Below are positions 51,655 to 61,498 of a DNA stretch of 64,000 nucleotides, piece after piece; positions within the stretch are counted from its first letter, which is position 1; every line of letters starts with the position of its first letter. The stretch lies in the NCBI GenBank assembly GCA_023473795.1, contig JAMCYS010000129.1, positions 39,035 to 103,034 of the forward strand, read 5' to 3'. The position numbers were made by a program, and so were the translations under genes. The notes below the pieces were generated by a model, which had not been told where the DNA came from, ran no database searches, and saw only the letters and a list, made by a program, of their open reading frames with translations. The stretch comes from Chloroflexota bacterium. Its GTDB lineage: Bacteria; Chloroflexota; UBA6077; FW602-bin22; JAMCYS01.

Positions 51655-52878
51655 CTAGGAGGGGCGCTCGCGAATCAGCGCTTCGCCGTGCTGTTGGAGG
51701 GTCTGCGCTCGCTCCGGGGGTAGGGACTTGCTCTTCAAGTACGCGGCCAGAGCCTCACCGGGGGGCATTTGCTGCAGGGCATGGCCGGACCAGCGAGAGC
51801 GCACCCGCCGTTCCACGAGCTTACTGACGCCGGCCACGTGGTGGGCCTCGCGCAGGGCCTTGCGCACCTCGCCGTCGAGGATCAAGGGCTCCTTCTCCTC
51901 GTCGGTGTGAATGCGCACGCGCACGATGGCTTCGGCCACGTCGCTCTTGTCTATCGCCTCCAGAACCTGGGCGAGGGGATCTTCGCCGTTGGCAGTCACC
52001 TCGACGGTAAGAAAGCGGCGGGCCTTGCCCGGCACGAACTCGTACTCCGCTCCACCTCGGCTGACCTGCGCCAAGACGTAGCCCTTCTCCTCGCGCTCCT
52101 CGCCGAAGTCCAGGCGTTCGATGCTGCCGCAATAGAGGGTCAGCGGGCGGGTACTCAGGACCTGGTGCTTGTGAACGTGGCCCAGGGCCACGTAGTCGAA
52201 GACCGGATTGGCGACCAGACTCTTGGCCAAGGGTATATCCTGGCCCAGAAGCACGCTTTGCTCTGAGCCGAAGACCGATCCCAGCACCGAGGCGTGGGCG
52301 CACAGCACGGAGGGCAAGGACGGGTCGACGCGGCCGACCAAATCGCGGACGATGTGCTCGATCTTGTCGGCGGTGGCCTGGTTGATCTCGTCAAGCGTCT
52401 TGTTCTTGTACTCGTCTTTGACGAGCAGGGCGCTGCGCAGCACCCAGGGCAGCGCCGCCACCTGTAAGGCACCGCTCTTGGTCCGCAAAACGTGCAGGCC
52501 GGGCCGGCGCGCCACCTGGACATTGGGTACCTCAAGGGTGGCAAAGATCTCCATAGTGTTGGCGCGCCCGCTGGCCAGCGGCAGGTCGTGGTTGCCAACC
52601 AAGAGGAAGACCTGGACGCCCGCCTTGGCCAGGCGATGGATGCGCGCCGCGAACTCCCGCTGGTAGGTTTGGTTGGGCTCCCGGGTGCGGTAGGCGTCGC
52701 CACAGAAAAGGAAGAGGTCCACCTCGCGCGCCAGCGCGCCCTCCACGGCGCCGTCGAGCGCCGCCAGGAAGTCCTCGGCGCGGCTGTTCAGGCCCGTGGC
52801 AGGATTGGGGCGGCCGTAGAGCTCGGTGCCGAGATGGATATCAGCCAGGTGCAGAAGGCGGATGGGCGGCAAGAGCAT
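51655..52878 (-). CDS. sbcD: Exonuclease SbcCD subunit D (Mre11-like)
   Basis: HLADIHLG, FCGDAY, VGNHD, DYVALGHVH, YCGSIERLDFGE. Confidence 0.9.
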   Translation of the reverse strand: MLLPPIRLLHLADIHLGTELYGRPNPATGLNSRAEDFLAALDGAVEGALAREVDLFLFCGDAYRTREPNQTYQREFAARIHRLAKAGVQVFLLVGNHDLPLASGRANTMEIFATLEVPNVQVARRPGLHVLRTKSGALQVAALPWVLRSALLVKDEYKNKTLDEINQATADKIEHIVRDLVGRVDPSLPSVLCAHASVLGSVFGSEQSVLLGQDIPLAKSLVANPVFDYVALGHVHKHQVLSTRPLTLYCGSIERLDFGEEREEKGYVLAQVSRGGAEYEFVPGKARRFLTVEVTANGEDPLAQVLEAIDKSDVAEAIVRVRIHTDEEKEPLILDGEVRKALREAHHVAGVSKLVERRVRSRWSGHALQQMPPGEALAAYLKSKSLPPERAQTLQQHGEALIRERPS

Positions 52879-52974
52879 CGCTCCCCTTGGCTTTCTGGGC
52901 GGCGCGGTCGCCAGTATAGCATTCCGGAACCGGGCTCAGCAATCGCCGGCGGTCTCCCTCGACCCCGACAAGGG

Positions 52975-53922
52975 TCAGGCGGCGGTGCTGGCCCGGCCGG
53001 CGGTGTACTCGGCGACGGCAGAGGGAACGAGAACCCGCAGCGCGGCAGGCACGCTCGCCGCCCGCACGGGCGTCCAGCCACGGTGCTCGCCGTCGACATC
53101 CAGCTCCTGCGCGGGGTCTGCGGTAACGCTGACGGTGCGACCGCTGAGGCTGAGCAGAAGCTCGGGCGAGGGCTGGCGGTTGAGGGCAAAGTCGACGCCG
53201 AGGCGAAGCAAGGCCCTACGGTTGGGCGTGCGAGGCAGCCGCACCAGCAGTCGCCCGGCAGGCACCGGCGCCCAGCCCGCGGCAAGCTCAGCCTGCCCGG
53301 AGTAGCGGCCGTTACCGATGGCGATCACAGTCGTCTGCAGAGCAAAGACTTCCTCATCGACCTGGAGGTGGGCGACGAAGGGGCGCGTGTGAGAGAGGGC
53401 GTAGAGCGCGGCCAGCGGGTAGGCCAGTCTGCCACCTGCCTTCTTTAGCCAGTTGGGGATGGTGTGGTTGGCGTGGGCGGGGTAGCCAATGAGGGCCGTG
53501 CCTGTATAATAGATGCCATTCACTCTGGCGAGCGGCACCGGCACGGGTACTCCCTCGGCTACAACCCGGCAGGCAGCGACCGGGTCCCAGGGAATGCCGA
53601 GGGCGCGCACGAAATCGTTGCCCGTGCCCAGCGGCAACAGCCCCAGGACGGCGTCGCTCTGCGCCAGCGCGTCGGCCACGGCCGAGATCGTACCGTCGCC
53701 GCCGCCGACCACTAGCAACCTGGCGCCGCCGGCCAGGGAGGCGCGCACGGCCCGCAGCAGGTCACGCTCGCCATGCACCGGGTAGGAGGCCAGAAGGCGG
53801 ATTCCCAGACGTTTCAACTCGCCGTGGGCCGCGCGAAAGGAGCGCGCCCCTCGCCGGGAGCGCGTGTTGACGATCAGCACCGCTTTGGCCGCCCGCGAGT
53901 ATCCCGTGCCGTCGGCTTGCAT
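52975..53922 (-). CDS. Diacylglycerol kinase family (YegS/BmrU-like) lipid kinase
   Basis: LIVNTRSRRG, VVGGGDGTIS, LPLGTGNDF, IGNGRYSG, DVDGE. Start re-chosen at MQADG. Confidence 0.88.
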   Translation of the reverse strand: MQADGTGYSRAAKAVLIVNTRSRRGARSFRAAHGELKRLGIRLLASYPVHGERDLLRAVRASLAGGARLLVVGGGDGTISAVADALAQSDAVLGLLPLGTGNDFVRALGIPWDPVAACRVVAEGVPVPVPLARVNGIYYTGTALIGYPAHANHTIPNWLKKAGGRLAYPLAALYALSHTRPFVAHLQVDEEVFALQTTVIAIGNGRYSGQAELAAGWAPVPAGRLLVRLPRTPNRRALLRLGVDFALNRQPSPELLLSLSGRTVSVTADPAQELDVDGEHRGWTPVRAASVPAALRVLVPSAVAEYTAGRASTAA

Positions 53923-54009
53923 CGTTCTTGCTTGTTTCCTGTGTGTTGCTAGCAATGGCACAAGTGCAGGATCGGTTCCATTTGTCCGGGCTCTCGCTTG
54001 CTCGCGGCC

Positions 54010-54036
54010 TGTAACAAACGAAGGAAGGCGACGTTA
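54010..54036 (+). promoter_or_regulatory. Candidate ECF-sigma autoregulatory promoter
   Basis: TGTAAC-N16-CGTTA about 50 nt upstream of the ECF gene, matching the AAC/CGT pattern of many ECF promoters. Confidence 0.6.
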
Positions 54037-54086
54037 TCATTCGCGAAGAGGGTCAATCCGGCCGGGTTCTTCCGCTAGGGCACGAA

Positions 54087-54662
54087 GTGAATGACGTGGC
54101 CCAACCGCAGGCGTTGTCGACCGACGAGGCGGGGCTGGTCGGGCGCGCGCAGGCCGGCGACGCCCAGGCTTTCGCCGTTCTATACGACGTTCACGTCGCC
54201 CGGGTCTATCGGTATGTGTTCTACCACCTGGGCAACCAGGCCGACGCGGAGGACGTGAGCCAGCAGACTTTTCTGCAGGCGTGGCGAGCCATCGGGACGT
54301 ACCGGCGGGGCACGAGCCCGTTCATCGCTTGGTTGCTGACGATAGCCCATAACGCGGCGGTGAGCCTGCGGCGCCGGACGAAGGACGAGACCCGCTTCGA
54401 GGTCGAACCGGCGGCTACCCACCGCTGGAGCGACCCAGAAGCGCAGGCCCTGAGCAAGTACGATCGTCTGGCTGTGCGGCGCGCGATTCTGCGCCTGAAA
54501 CCTGATCAGCAGCAGGTGGTGCTGTTGCGCTTTCTTGAGCAACTCGACTACGCCGAGATCGCCGCGGCACTCGGCAAGCGTGAGGGCAACATCAGGGTTA
54601 TTCAGCACCGCGCTCTGACCGAGTTGCGCCGAATGCTAGCTAGTGAGGTGGCTGAGCGATGA
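54087..54662 (+). CDS. ECF-family RNA polymerase sigma factor
   Basis: Region 2 DAEDVSQQTFLQAW...FIAWLLTIAHN; region 4 LKPDQQQVVLLRF...YAEIAAALGK..GNIRVIQHRAL. Confidence 0.93.
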   Translation: MNDVAQPQALSTDEAGLVGRAQAGDAQAFAVLYDVHVARVYRYVFYHLGNQADAEDVSQQTFLQAWRAIGTYRRGTSPFIAWLLTIAHNAAVSLRRRTKDETRFEVEPAATHRWSDPEAQALSKYDRLAVRRAILRLKPDQQQVVLLRFLEQLDYAEIAAALGKREGNIRVIQHRALTELRRMLASEVAER

Positions 54663-55939
54663 GCCGGGTGAGCCCAGACCTCTTGGCTTATTGCTGCGCG
54701 GACATTAGGGCAGGTCACGCGACGGTCGCCGATTGCGTCGCTGTCCATCCGGAAGTCGGCGCGGAGCTGGCCGAGCTGCTGGCGCTGGCCGCGGCGTTGA
54801 CCGCCACCCCGGCCATTGAGCCCCGGGCAGGTTTCGCCGAGCGGGGCCGCGCGAGCCTGTTGGCGACGATCACGGGGCCGGGCCCGAGCGAGACGCGACC
54901 GTGGCTGAGGGGCCAGCGAGAAGCGCTCGCGAGTCTCTTTGGTTCTCTGGCGATGCCTCGCCTGGCCAGAGTGGCCGCGACGTTGGCGCTGGTCTTGTTT
55001 ATTATGCTGGCGCTGGGCGGCGGCGCGGTCTATGCCGCGCAAGCTGCGTTGCCCGGCGACTCGCTCTACGCCCTGAAACTTGCCGGCGAGGACCTGCGCT
55101 TGCGGTTGAGCCAACCGGACCTGGATCGGGCGCGGCTCCACCTCGAGCTGGCGGATACCCGGCTGAGCGAACTGCAAAGGCTCGCCGCCCAGAACCGCTT
55201 CGCGGCAATGAACGACTTGCTCCCCGTTTATCAAGAGCAACTGGCGCAGGCCGAACGGCACGCGGAATCCGTGGCCTTCGCGGGCGAACAGGCGCGGCAG
55301 GCCGAGCTGGCTCTGCTGCGCGCTCGTCTGCGGCAGCAGGAGCAGACGCTGGCCAAGCTACAGGCCGGCGCTCCGGCCGACGTCGCTCGCGGCCTGGCCC
55401 TGGCCGCGGCACGCGCCCAGGGCCTGCCCGCGGTGGCGGAAGAGCGCTGGCATGTGGGCACGGCCAGCGCCGTAACCTCGGGCACAACCCCGGCAACTGA
55501 CGCCAGTCTGGACCAGATGGAACTTGCCCTGGCGGGGCTAGCGAGCGATCCGCTGTTGCCCGGGGACAGTCAGAAGAGCCTCATGGCCAAGATAGAGGCA
55601 GCCCGCCAGGCCGTGGAGCGCGGGCAGAGCCAGGTGGCGTTGAGCATGCTAGACGCCTTCCGCAACGAGCTGGAGGCCCAGTACAGGGCCGGCCATCTGG
55701 CAGAGGCCAACTACCAGTACTTGCTGAGCCTGCACGACCAGAGCGTGGCGACGGTACCGCCCGCCGCCGCACCGAGCGAAGCCAAGCCAGGCAGCCCCGA
55801 GAAGGCGGCGACACCAGCAGTACAGGAGAAGCCGGCAACGGGTGAGGATCAGACGCCACCAGGGCAGGCCAAGCTACCACCCGGCCAGGAGAAGAAGCAG
55901 GACAACGAAGGTGGTAAGGGCCCCGGCCACAAGCCTTGA
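54659..55939 (+). CDS. Probable membrane anti-sigma factor (TM + DUF5667-like domain + FIMAH-like helical domain + PPGQ tail)
   Basis: ATGA overlap with the sigma gene, one TM helix, AAQAALPGDSLYALKLAGE, helical bundle LMAKIEAARQAVERG...LDAFRNEL, PPGQAK/PPGQEK. Confidence 0.7.
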   Translation: MSRVSPDLLAYCCADIRAGHATVADCVAVHPEVGAELAELLALAAALTATPAIEPRAGFAERGRASLLATITGPGPSETRPWLRGQREALASLFGSLAMPRLARVAATLALVLFIMLALGGGAVYAAQAALPGDSLYALKLAGEDLRLRLSQPDLDRARLHLELADTRLSELQRLAAQNRFAAMNDLLPVYQEQLAQAERHAESVAFAGEQARQAELALLRARLRQQEQTLAKLQAGAPADVARGLALAAARAQGLPAVAEERWHVGTASAVTSGTTPATDASLDQMELALAGLASDPLLPGDSQKSLMAKIEAARQAVERGQSQVALSMLDAFRNELEAQYRAGHLAEANYQYLLSLHDQSVATVPPAAAPSEAKPGSPEKAATPAVQEKPATGEDQTPPGQAKLPPGQEKKQDNEGGKGPGHKP

Positions 55940-56247
55940 GCCGGCCGGATGAGCAGGCCCGGAGACGATTAACCGCCCCTCGCCAGATCTGGCGAGGGGC
56001 GGCCGTTTGGTTCTACCCTGCCTTCATGCTCGTCGTGGGCGCCCACTACCTATCGTTCGTATTCCTCCATGGCATGCGCCACTACATCTTCCTCGGGGCA
56101 GCGCTGATTGGCAGCGGCCTGGCCCTCGGCATCCTCTTCCCGAGCATCTTCGCGGCGGGCGGTTGGCTGACCGGGCTGGCCCTGGTGGTCTTTGGGCTCT
56201 TCGTGTGGCAGAGCGGAGTAGGGAAAGACGAGCGGCAAGCCGTCTAG
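55936..56247 (+). CDS. Small membrane protein (3 predicted TM helices)
   Basis: Overlaps the anti-sigma stop (ATGA), hydrophobic 103-aa ORF. Confidence 0.55.
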   Translation: MSRPDEQARRRLTAPRQIWRGAAVWFYPAFMLVVGAHYLSFVFLHGMRHYIFLGAALIGSGLALGILFPSIFAAGGWLTGLALVVFGLFVWQSGVGKDERQAV

Positions 56248-56810
56248 GCGGACCCGCTCTCTCGTGCGCGGGCAAGCTCAGACAGCGCCTCTTCGTAAGC
56301 ACGCAACGTATCGGCCGTGAAAAGGACGAAAGTGACCGATTTGACGCTGGAGCGGCCGTCGCTGGCGAGGCAGTAGTCCAGCACCGTGCGCAGGGCAATG
56401 CGCGCCGCCTGGTCCACCGGGTAGCGGTAGGCGCCCGTGCTGAGGGAGGGAAAGGCGATGCTGGCGGTGCCGTGCTCCTCCGCCAGGCGCAGTGAGTAGC
56501 GATAGGCCGAGGCCAGCAGCGCGGCCTCTCCCCGCCCGCCGCCGCTCCAGACGGGCCCGACGGCGTGGATGACGTACTGGGCGGGCAGGTTGCCGGCACC
56601 GGTGAGCCGCGCCTCACCCGTGAGACAACCACCCAGGCGCCGGCACTCCTCCATGATCGCGGGCCCGCCCGCCCGGTGGATGGCGCCGTCCACGCCGCCC
56701 CCGCCCCTCAGGCCCGAGTTGGCAGCGTTGACGATGGCGTCCGCGTGTTCTCTGGTTATGTCGCCTTGCACCAGGTGCAGACGGCAGTCGCCGAGCTGCA
56801 GGTCTCTCAT
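56244..56810 (-). CDS. Macro-domain protein (O-acetyl-ADP-ribose deacetylase / ADP-ribosylhydrolase, YmdB/MacroD-like)
   Basis: Start MRDLQL (56810). [44 protein letters not shown]. Confidence 0.93.
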   Translation of the reverse strand: MRDLQLGDCRLHLVQGDITREHADAIVNAANSGLRGGGGVDGAIHRAGGPAIMEECRRLGGCLTGEARLTGAGNLPAQYVIHAVGPVWSGGGRGEAALLASAYRYSLRLAEEHGTASIAFPSLSTGAYRYPVDQAARIALRTVLDYCLASDGRSSVKSVTFVLFTADTLRAYEEALSELARARESGSA

Positions 56811-57250
56811 TTCTTGGGCCCTCTCTTCATCAGCAGCCAGTTCTTGCCGTCGGTGTGCAAGAGCAGGTACTCGCCCTGCAGACGCTCGCCGGCCAAACTG
56901 AACTCCAGCCTGTCCTCGCGCCTGGCGAGCAACCGGTAGGTACCGTGGTCCCAGATGGCGACGGTGCCGGCGCCGTAGCCCTCGGGAATGACGCCCGCGA
57001 AGTCGACGTAGTCCACCGGATGATCCTCCACCTGCACGGCGAGGCGGCGGACGCTGGGTTGCTCCGGCGGGCCCTTGGGCACGGCCCAGCTCTTGAGCAC
57101 GCCGTCCATCTCCAGGCGGAAATCGTAGTGCAGGCGCGAGGCGTGATGCTCCTGCACGACGAAGCGGTTGAGGCCAGAATCCTTCACCTCGCCCGCCGGC
57201 TCGGGGGTGCTGGTGAAGTCCCGTTTTTCCTTGTACTCTTCCAGAGCCAT
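56807..57250 (-). CDS. Stand-alone LigD 3'-phosphoesterase (PE) domain protein
   Basis: Start [18 protein letters not shown] (AAGGAGG upstream). [57 protein letters not shown]. Confidence 0.92.
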   Translation of the reverse strand: MALEEYKEKRDFTSTPEPAGEVKDSGLNRFVVQEHHASRLHYDFRLEMDGVLKSWAVPKGPPEQPSVRRLAVQVEDHPVDYVDFAGVIPEGYGAGTVAIWDHGTYRLLARREDRLEFSLAGERLQGEYLLLHTDGKNWLLMKRGPKK

Positions 57251-57377
57251 CCTGGCATTCCTCCTTCGGCAGGAACGAGCCTCTGCCGAGCGAAGGCCCG
57301 GCGGTCTCGTCGGGCCTACAGAAGAGGGACGCACGATGGTGCGCCCCCACGGTCGGCTCGCAGCTCCTCTCGCCAGT

Positions 57378-58220
57378 CTACCCCTTCACCGCCCCCGCGG
57401 TCAGACCGGAAACGTACTGGTCGACGAAGAACGAGTAGATGAACGCCACCGGCACCGAGCCTAGAATGCCCACGGCCATCAGCGCTCCCCACCCCAGCAC
57501 GTCGGAGCGGATGAGCTCCGTGACCGCGCCGACGGGTATGGTCTTCATCGGCCCGGAGGACATGAAGACAAGGGCATAGAGAAACTCGTTCCAGGAGAGG
57601 GTGAAAGAGAAGATGCCGGCCGAGAGCACGCCGGGCAACGCCAGAGGCAGAATAATCTTAATCAACGACCCCAGTCTACTCGAACCGTCGATGAGGGCGC
57701 TCTCTTCGATCTCCTTAGGTATCGTCCGGAAGTAGCCCATCAGCAACCAGGAGGCGAAGGGGATCAGCTGGGTGGGATAGGTGAAGATCAGCGCCCAGTA
57801 GGTGTTGAACAGATCGTACCTGGCAATGACCTGAGCCAGAGGCAGGAAGAGAAGGGTAGGCGGCACCAGATAGGCCAGGAAGATGCCGACGCCCAGGAAG
57901 TTGCTGCCGGGGAAGCGCAAGCGAGCCAGAGCGTAGCCGGCGAGCACGCTGCAGAAGAGCGATACGGCCGTAGATGCCGTGGCGACGATGAGCGTGTTCT
58001 TAAACCACTCGGGGAACGTAGTGTCCGTAAACAAGAACTGGTAGTTCTCGAGGGTCAACGTGTGGATCCAGAATGGGTTGAAGCGACCGGAGACCGTCTC
58101 GGTCGTCGGCCGCAACGAGACGATGGTCATCCAGTAGAAAGGGAACAACAGGAAGATCAGGAATAGCGCCAACGGTATGTAGAAGGTGAGGCGTCGGCTC
58201 CAGGTCCAGCTACCTACCAC
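57378..58220 (-). CDS. Carbohydrate ABC transporter permease (MalG-like)
   Basis: [32 protein letters not shown]. Confidence 0.92.
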   Translation of the reverse strand: MVGSWTWSRRLTFYIPLALFLIFLLFPFYWMTIVSLRPTTETVSGRFNPFWIHTLTLENYQFLFTDTTFPEWFKNTLIVATASTAVSLFCSVLAGYALARLRFPGSNFLGVGIFLAYLVPPTLLFLPLAQVIARYDLFNTYWALIFTYPTQLIPFASWLLMGYFRTIPKEIEESALIDGSSRLGSLIKIILPLALPGVLSAGIFSFTLSWNEFLYALVFMSSGPMKTIPVGAVTELIRSDVLGWGALMAVGILGSVPVAFIYSFFVDQYVSGLTAGAVKG

Positions 58221-58221
58221 C

Positions 58222-59169
58222 TCACACCTCCCTGCGCAGGTAAACTAGCAGTAGGATGGCGAAAAAGGCGAGGATCGGGAACATATAGAGTGCGATGGCC
58301 GCGCCCACGCCGATTTGCGCCGCCGACATGCCCATCTGGTAAGCGTAGGTGCCAAAGATGTGGGTCGAGTTGGCCGGGCCGCCCCGGGTCAACACATAGA
58401 TCAGCTGGAAGTCGGCGAAGGTCCAGATGATCGAGAAGAGGGTGGCGATCAGGGTGACCCCGGTGATCACCGGCACGGTGACGTTGAGGAAGCGCTGCCA
58501 GGGGCTGGCGCCATCGATGGCGGCCGCCTCGTGCAGTTCGGAAGGCACCGCCTGCAAGCCGGCGAGGATGGTTACGGCGAAGAAGGGGATGCCACGCCAG
58601 ATGTTGGCGACCATCACGGAGATGATGGCCAACGTCGGATCGCCCAAGAAAGGTATCTTCTGACTGGTCCAGCCCCAGGTCATGAATAGCCAGGAGAAGG
58701 GGCTGAGAACGCCGTCGTAGATCATCAGCCAGCCGAGGCTGCTCAGGGCCGTGGGCACGATCCAGGGCAGAAGGACCGCCGCCCGCACTATATTTTGGAA
58801 AGGCATCCTGGCGTTCAGGAGAATCGCCAGCAGCAGCCCCAACACCGCTTTGACCGGCACCGTCCCCAGGGCATAGACGAACGTGTTGCCCGTCGTTTGG
58901 ACGAAGATGCTGTCGGTGAGCAGGTCGGAGAAGTTCTTCAAGCCAATGAACGTCCCTGGCACGCCGATCATCGAGTCGGTGAGGGACAGCCAGATGCCCA
59001 AGACAAAAGGATACCCCATGAACGCCAGGAGGATAATCCCGGCGGGCAGCATCAAGATGACGCCCAGGCTCGTCTCTCGCTCTAGCAGAAGTCCCGGACG
59101 AGCGAGGAAACTCGGGCGCGCGGGAACCGCCGCCTGCATGGCTGGGGGAGGTGGGCCGGAACGGCTCAA
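58222..59169 (-). CDS. Carbohydrate ABC transporter permease (MalF-like)
   Basis: FIGLKNF, LLPWIVP, LHEAAAIDGASPWQRF, LTRGGP. Confidence 0.92.
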   Translation of the reverse strand: MSRSGPPPPAMQAAVPARPSFLARPGLLLERETSLGVILMLPAGIILLAFMGYPFVLGIWLSLTDSMIGVPGTFIGLKNFSDLLTDSIFVQTTGNTFVYALGTVPVKAVLGLLLAILLNARMPFQNIVRAAVLLPWIVPTALSSLGWLMIYDGVLSPFSWLFMTWGWTSQKIPFLGDPTLAIISVMVANIWRGIPFFAVTILAGLQAVPSELHEAAAIDGASPWQRFLNVTVPVITGVTLIATLFSIIWTFADFQLIYVLTRGGPANSTHIFGTYAYQMGMSAAQIGVGAAIALYMFPILAFFAILLLVYLRREV

Positions 59170-59446
59170 GGTGGCGACCTCCTAACGAACGCGGCAGCCG
59201 CCAGGGCCGCGGCTGCCGCCGTGCTTGCTTCGCGTCAGACGCGATCGAGGCCAAATAGTGTGTCTGGCGAATGAGTCGCGCACTACTTCGAGTGTACACC
59301 AGGGAGCGCCGGGCGGGCGAGTGCGCGCCAGGCCAAGCCGGGCCATGCCCGGCGCCGTCCCTCCCCAGGCGGAATGCGTCTGAGTCGGTCCCTTCCGCCC
59401 CTTGGCCCGAGGTGTTGAGCCCCCGGGCCAAGGGCACGGAAACGTG

Positions 59447-59473
59447 CCCGCCGCCCCCGTGAGGGGCGGCGGG
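59447..59473. terminator. Hairpin directly after the SBP gene (terminator or mRNA-stabilising element)
   Basis: Perfect 11-bp stem cccgccgcccc / ggggcggcggg. Further hairpins lie in the ~320-bp intercistronic gap. Confidence 0.5.
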
Positions 59474-59489
59474 AGAGAGCTTGGTGGGA

Positions 59490-60974
59490 CTAGGCGCCGT
59501 AGATCTTCTTCAGCTCGTCCTCGGCCCACTTGATGGAGCCTGCGGCGTCCTTGCTGGTCACGGCCTTGGCGTACATGTCGACGATGATATACTTGGAGTA
59601 CACGGTCGCCGCCTTCGTGTCATCCGGACCGGCGTAGCCGTCGATGCGGCCGTATTTCGGCACGTCCCGGTAGATGGTCATGATCGGATCCTTGGTCCAC
59701 ATCGGGTCGTTGTACCATTTCTTGGTGTTGCCGGTCATGTAGCCCTCGTGGACGTGGAACCAGTCGCCGTACTCCTTGTCGCCGAAGAACCACTTGAGGA
59801 ACTCCTTGGCCGTGTCGGCGTTCTTGGAGTTCTTCAAGATGCCCAGCGTGCGGGTGCCGTGGCGGATGTAGCGCTGGCCGCTCGAGCCCTTCGGCAGGAG
59901 CATGATGTTCATGTCCTTGGCGATGGCGGGGAAGTCCTTCTTGCAGGCGAAGTAGATGCTCGAGCCGTTGTAAGTGGACGAGATCTGCTCGGAGGTCCAG
60001 GCGCGGTTGTTGGCCGAGTCGTCCCAGGAGGTGCCAGTGGGGTCGTAGGCGTCCTGCCAGGCCTGGATGAACTTCTTCATCGCGTCCACGAAACTGGGTT
60101 GATTGACGACGACGGTCTTGCCATCTTTCTCCCGCTCCATGGCGCCGTTGGACCACATGTAGGGATAGCAGAAGCCCGGCGGGTCGCCGGTGCTGTGGCC
60201 CAGGGCCTGGCCGAACGGCTTGCCGGTGTTGGCCTTGACCCACTTGCCAATGGCGAAATACTCGTCCCAGGTCATGTCCATGGTGGAGCTGTCCTCGGGC
60301 TTGAACTTGGTCATCCCGAGGGCCTTGACCGCGTCCTGGAACGGCTTGACGCGGTAGTTGATCAGACCGCCGGACTCGCCGTGCGGCACGCCGTACCACT
60401 TGCCGTTGACCGGGCCGGCGTTGAGCACGTACTCCTCGTAGCCGCCGCCGGCCTTGCCGACCGCCTCGGCGATGTCGGTCACTTCCACCAGGCTGTTCTG
60501 GTACAGGAAGTTCCAGCCCGGCCACAGCTCGACGACGTCGATGCCGCCGGCCTGGATGGCAGCAGAGATCTTGGGCTGCAGGTCAGGCCAGGCTGAGAAG
60601 TCCGCCGTCACCTTGACGCCGGCCTGAGTGCCCCAGTCCTCGAAGCTCTTCTTGGCGAACGCCTGCCAATCGGCGTTAAAGTAGGAGCCTTCGAGAATGG
60701 TGAGCGAGGTGCCCTTGATACTTGCCGGCGGCGTGTAAGCGGCCGCGGTGGCGGCTGGCGCGGTGGCTGCGGCGCCTGCCTTGGTGGCGGCGGGAGCCGC
60801 GGTGGCTGCGGGAGCCGCGGTGGCGGCGGGAGCCGTGGTCGCCGCAGGCTTGGGCGCCTGCGTGGGCGCCGCCGTGGGCGCGGGCGCCGCCGCTTGCTGG
60901 CAGGCCGCCAAGAGCGGCAGGGCGCCTACCGCGGCAGCACGGGCGAGGAACGCGCGACGACTTACTCTACTCAA
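59490..60974 (-). CDS. Sugar-type ABC transporter substrate-binding lipoprotein (Tat signal, Pro/Ala linker)
   Basis: SRRAFL twin-Arg, LAAC lipobox, PTAAPTQAP/ATAAP repeats, family-1 SBP body. Confidence 0.9.
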   Translation of the reverse strand: MSRVSRRAFLARAAAVGALPLLAACQQAAAPAPTAAPTQAPKPAATTAPAATAAPAATAAPAATKAGAAATAPAATAAAYTPPASIKGTSLTILEGSYFNADWQAFAKKSFEDWGTQAGVKVTADFSAWPDLQPKISAAIQAGGIDVVELWPGWNFLYQNSLVEVTDIAEAVGKAGGGYEEYVLNAGPVNGKWYGVPHGESGGLINYRVKPFQDAVKALGMTKFKPEDSSTMDMTWDEYFAIGKWVKANTGKPFGQALGHSTGDPPGFCYPYMWSNGAMEREKDGKTVVVNQPSFVDAMKKFIQAWQDAYDPTGTSWDDSANNRAWTSEQISSTYNGSSIYFACKKDFPAIAKDMNIMLLPKGSSGQRYIRHGTRTLGILKNSKNADTAKEFLKWFFGDKEYGDWFHVHEGYMTGNTKKWYNDPMWTKDPIMTIYRDVPKYGRIDGYAGPDDTKAATVYSKYIIVDMYAKAVTSKDAAGSIKWAEDELKKIYGA

Positions 60975-61186
60975 GTTCTCCCCCTTCTTCTTAGGTCACG
61001 GACCATCTGTCCGTGACCACTAACTGGTGCGGCCTACTCTCGTACGGCGAGAGCGAGGCCAGCTACCAGAAGACCGACGTACTGGACGCTGAATCAGGCC
61101 ACCGATCCGCTATCGCCACCCCCGGCCCAATCGGGAACAGGGGGTGCCTGCCCGAGAAAAGGGTGCCATCTGCTTCTTGTAGCTAA

Positions 61187-61215
61187 ATTCTATTAAGAAT
61201 CGAGCGGGCTGTCAA
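61187..61215 (-). promoter_or_regulatory. Sigma70-type promoter of the second ABC operon
   Basis: Minus strand TTGACA-N17-TAGAAT. Confidence 0.7.
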
Positions 61216-61498
61216 GCCCCGACGCCGTTGGCTGCATAACGTCTAAACGCCCGCGCACTTGACAGGAAAAGCGGCCATTGGCGGCTAACGAGGACGCCGG
61301 GCAGGGCGTAAGCTTCGTTTAGGCAGGCCCTGGCCTCAATGCCTCGGAGCCACCGAGCCTTAGGCGGCAGCGCCAACGAGGTTGGCGACGTAGATGTAGA
61401 GGATATGACTGAACTGCCAGAAACCGGCCATCTATGTGCAACGGGACCGACCCCGTGCCGTCGCGAGAAGGGGCAACGCAACGTCTATGGCAGTTCAG

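Noticed and set aside
61138-61185. GGGGTGCCTGCCCGAGA resembling the start of a TPP riboswitch
   Set aside because: Lacks CTGAGA and the downstream ACCTGAT/AGCGTAGGGA core, and lies on the strand opposite the neighbouring operon.
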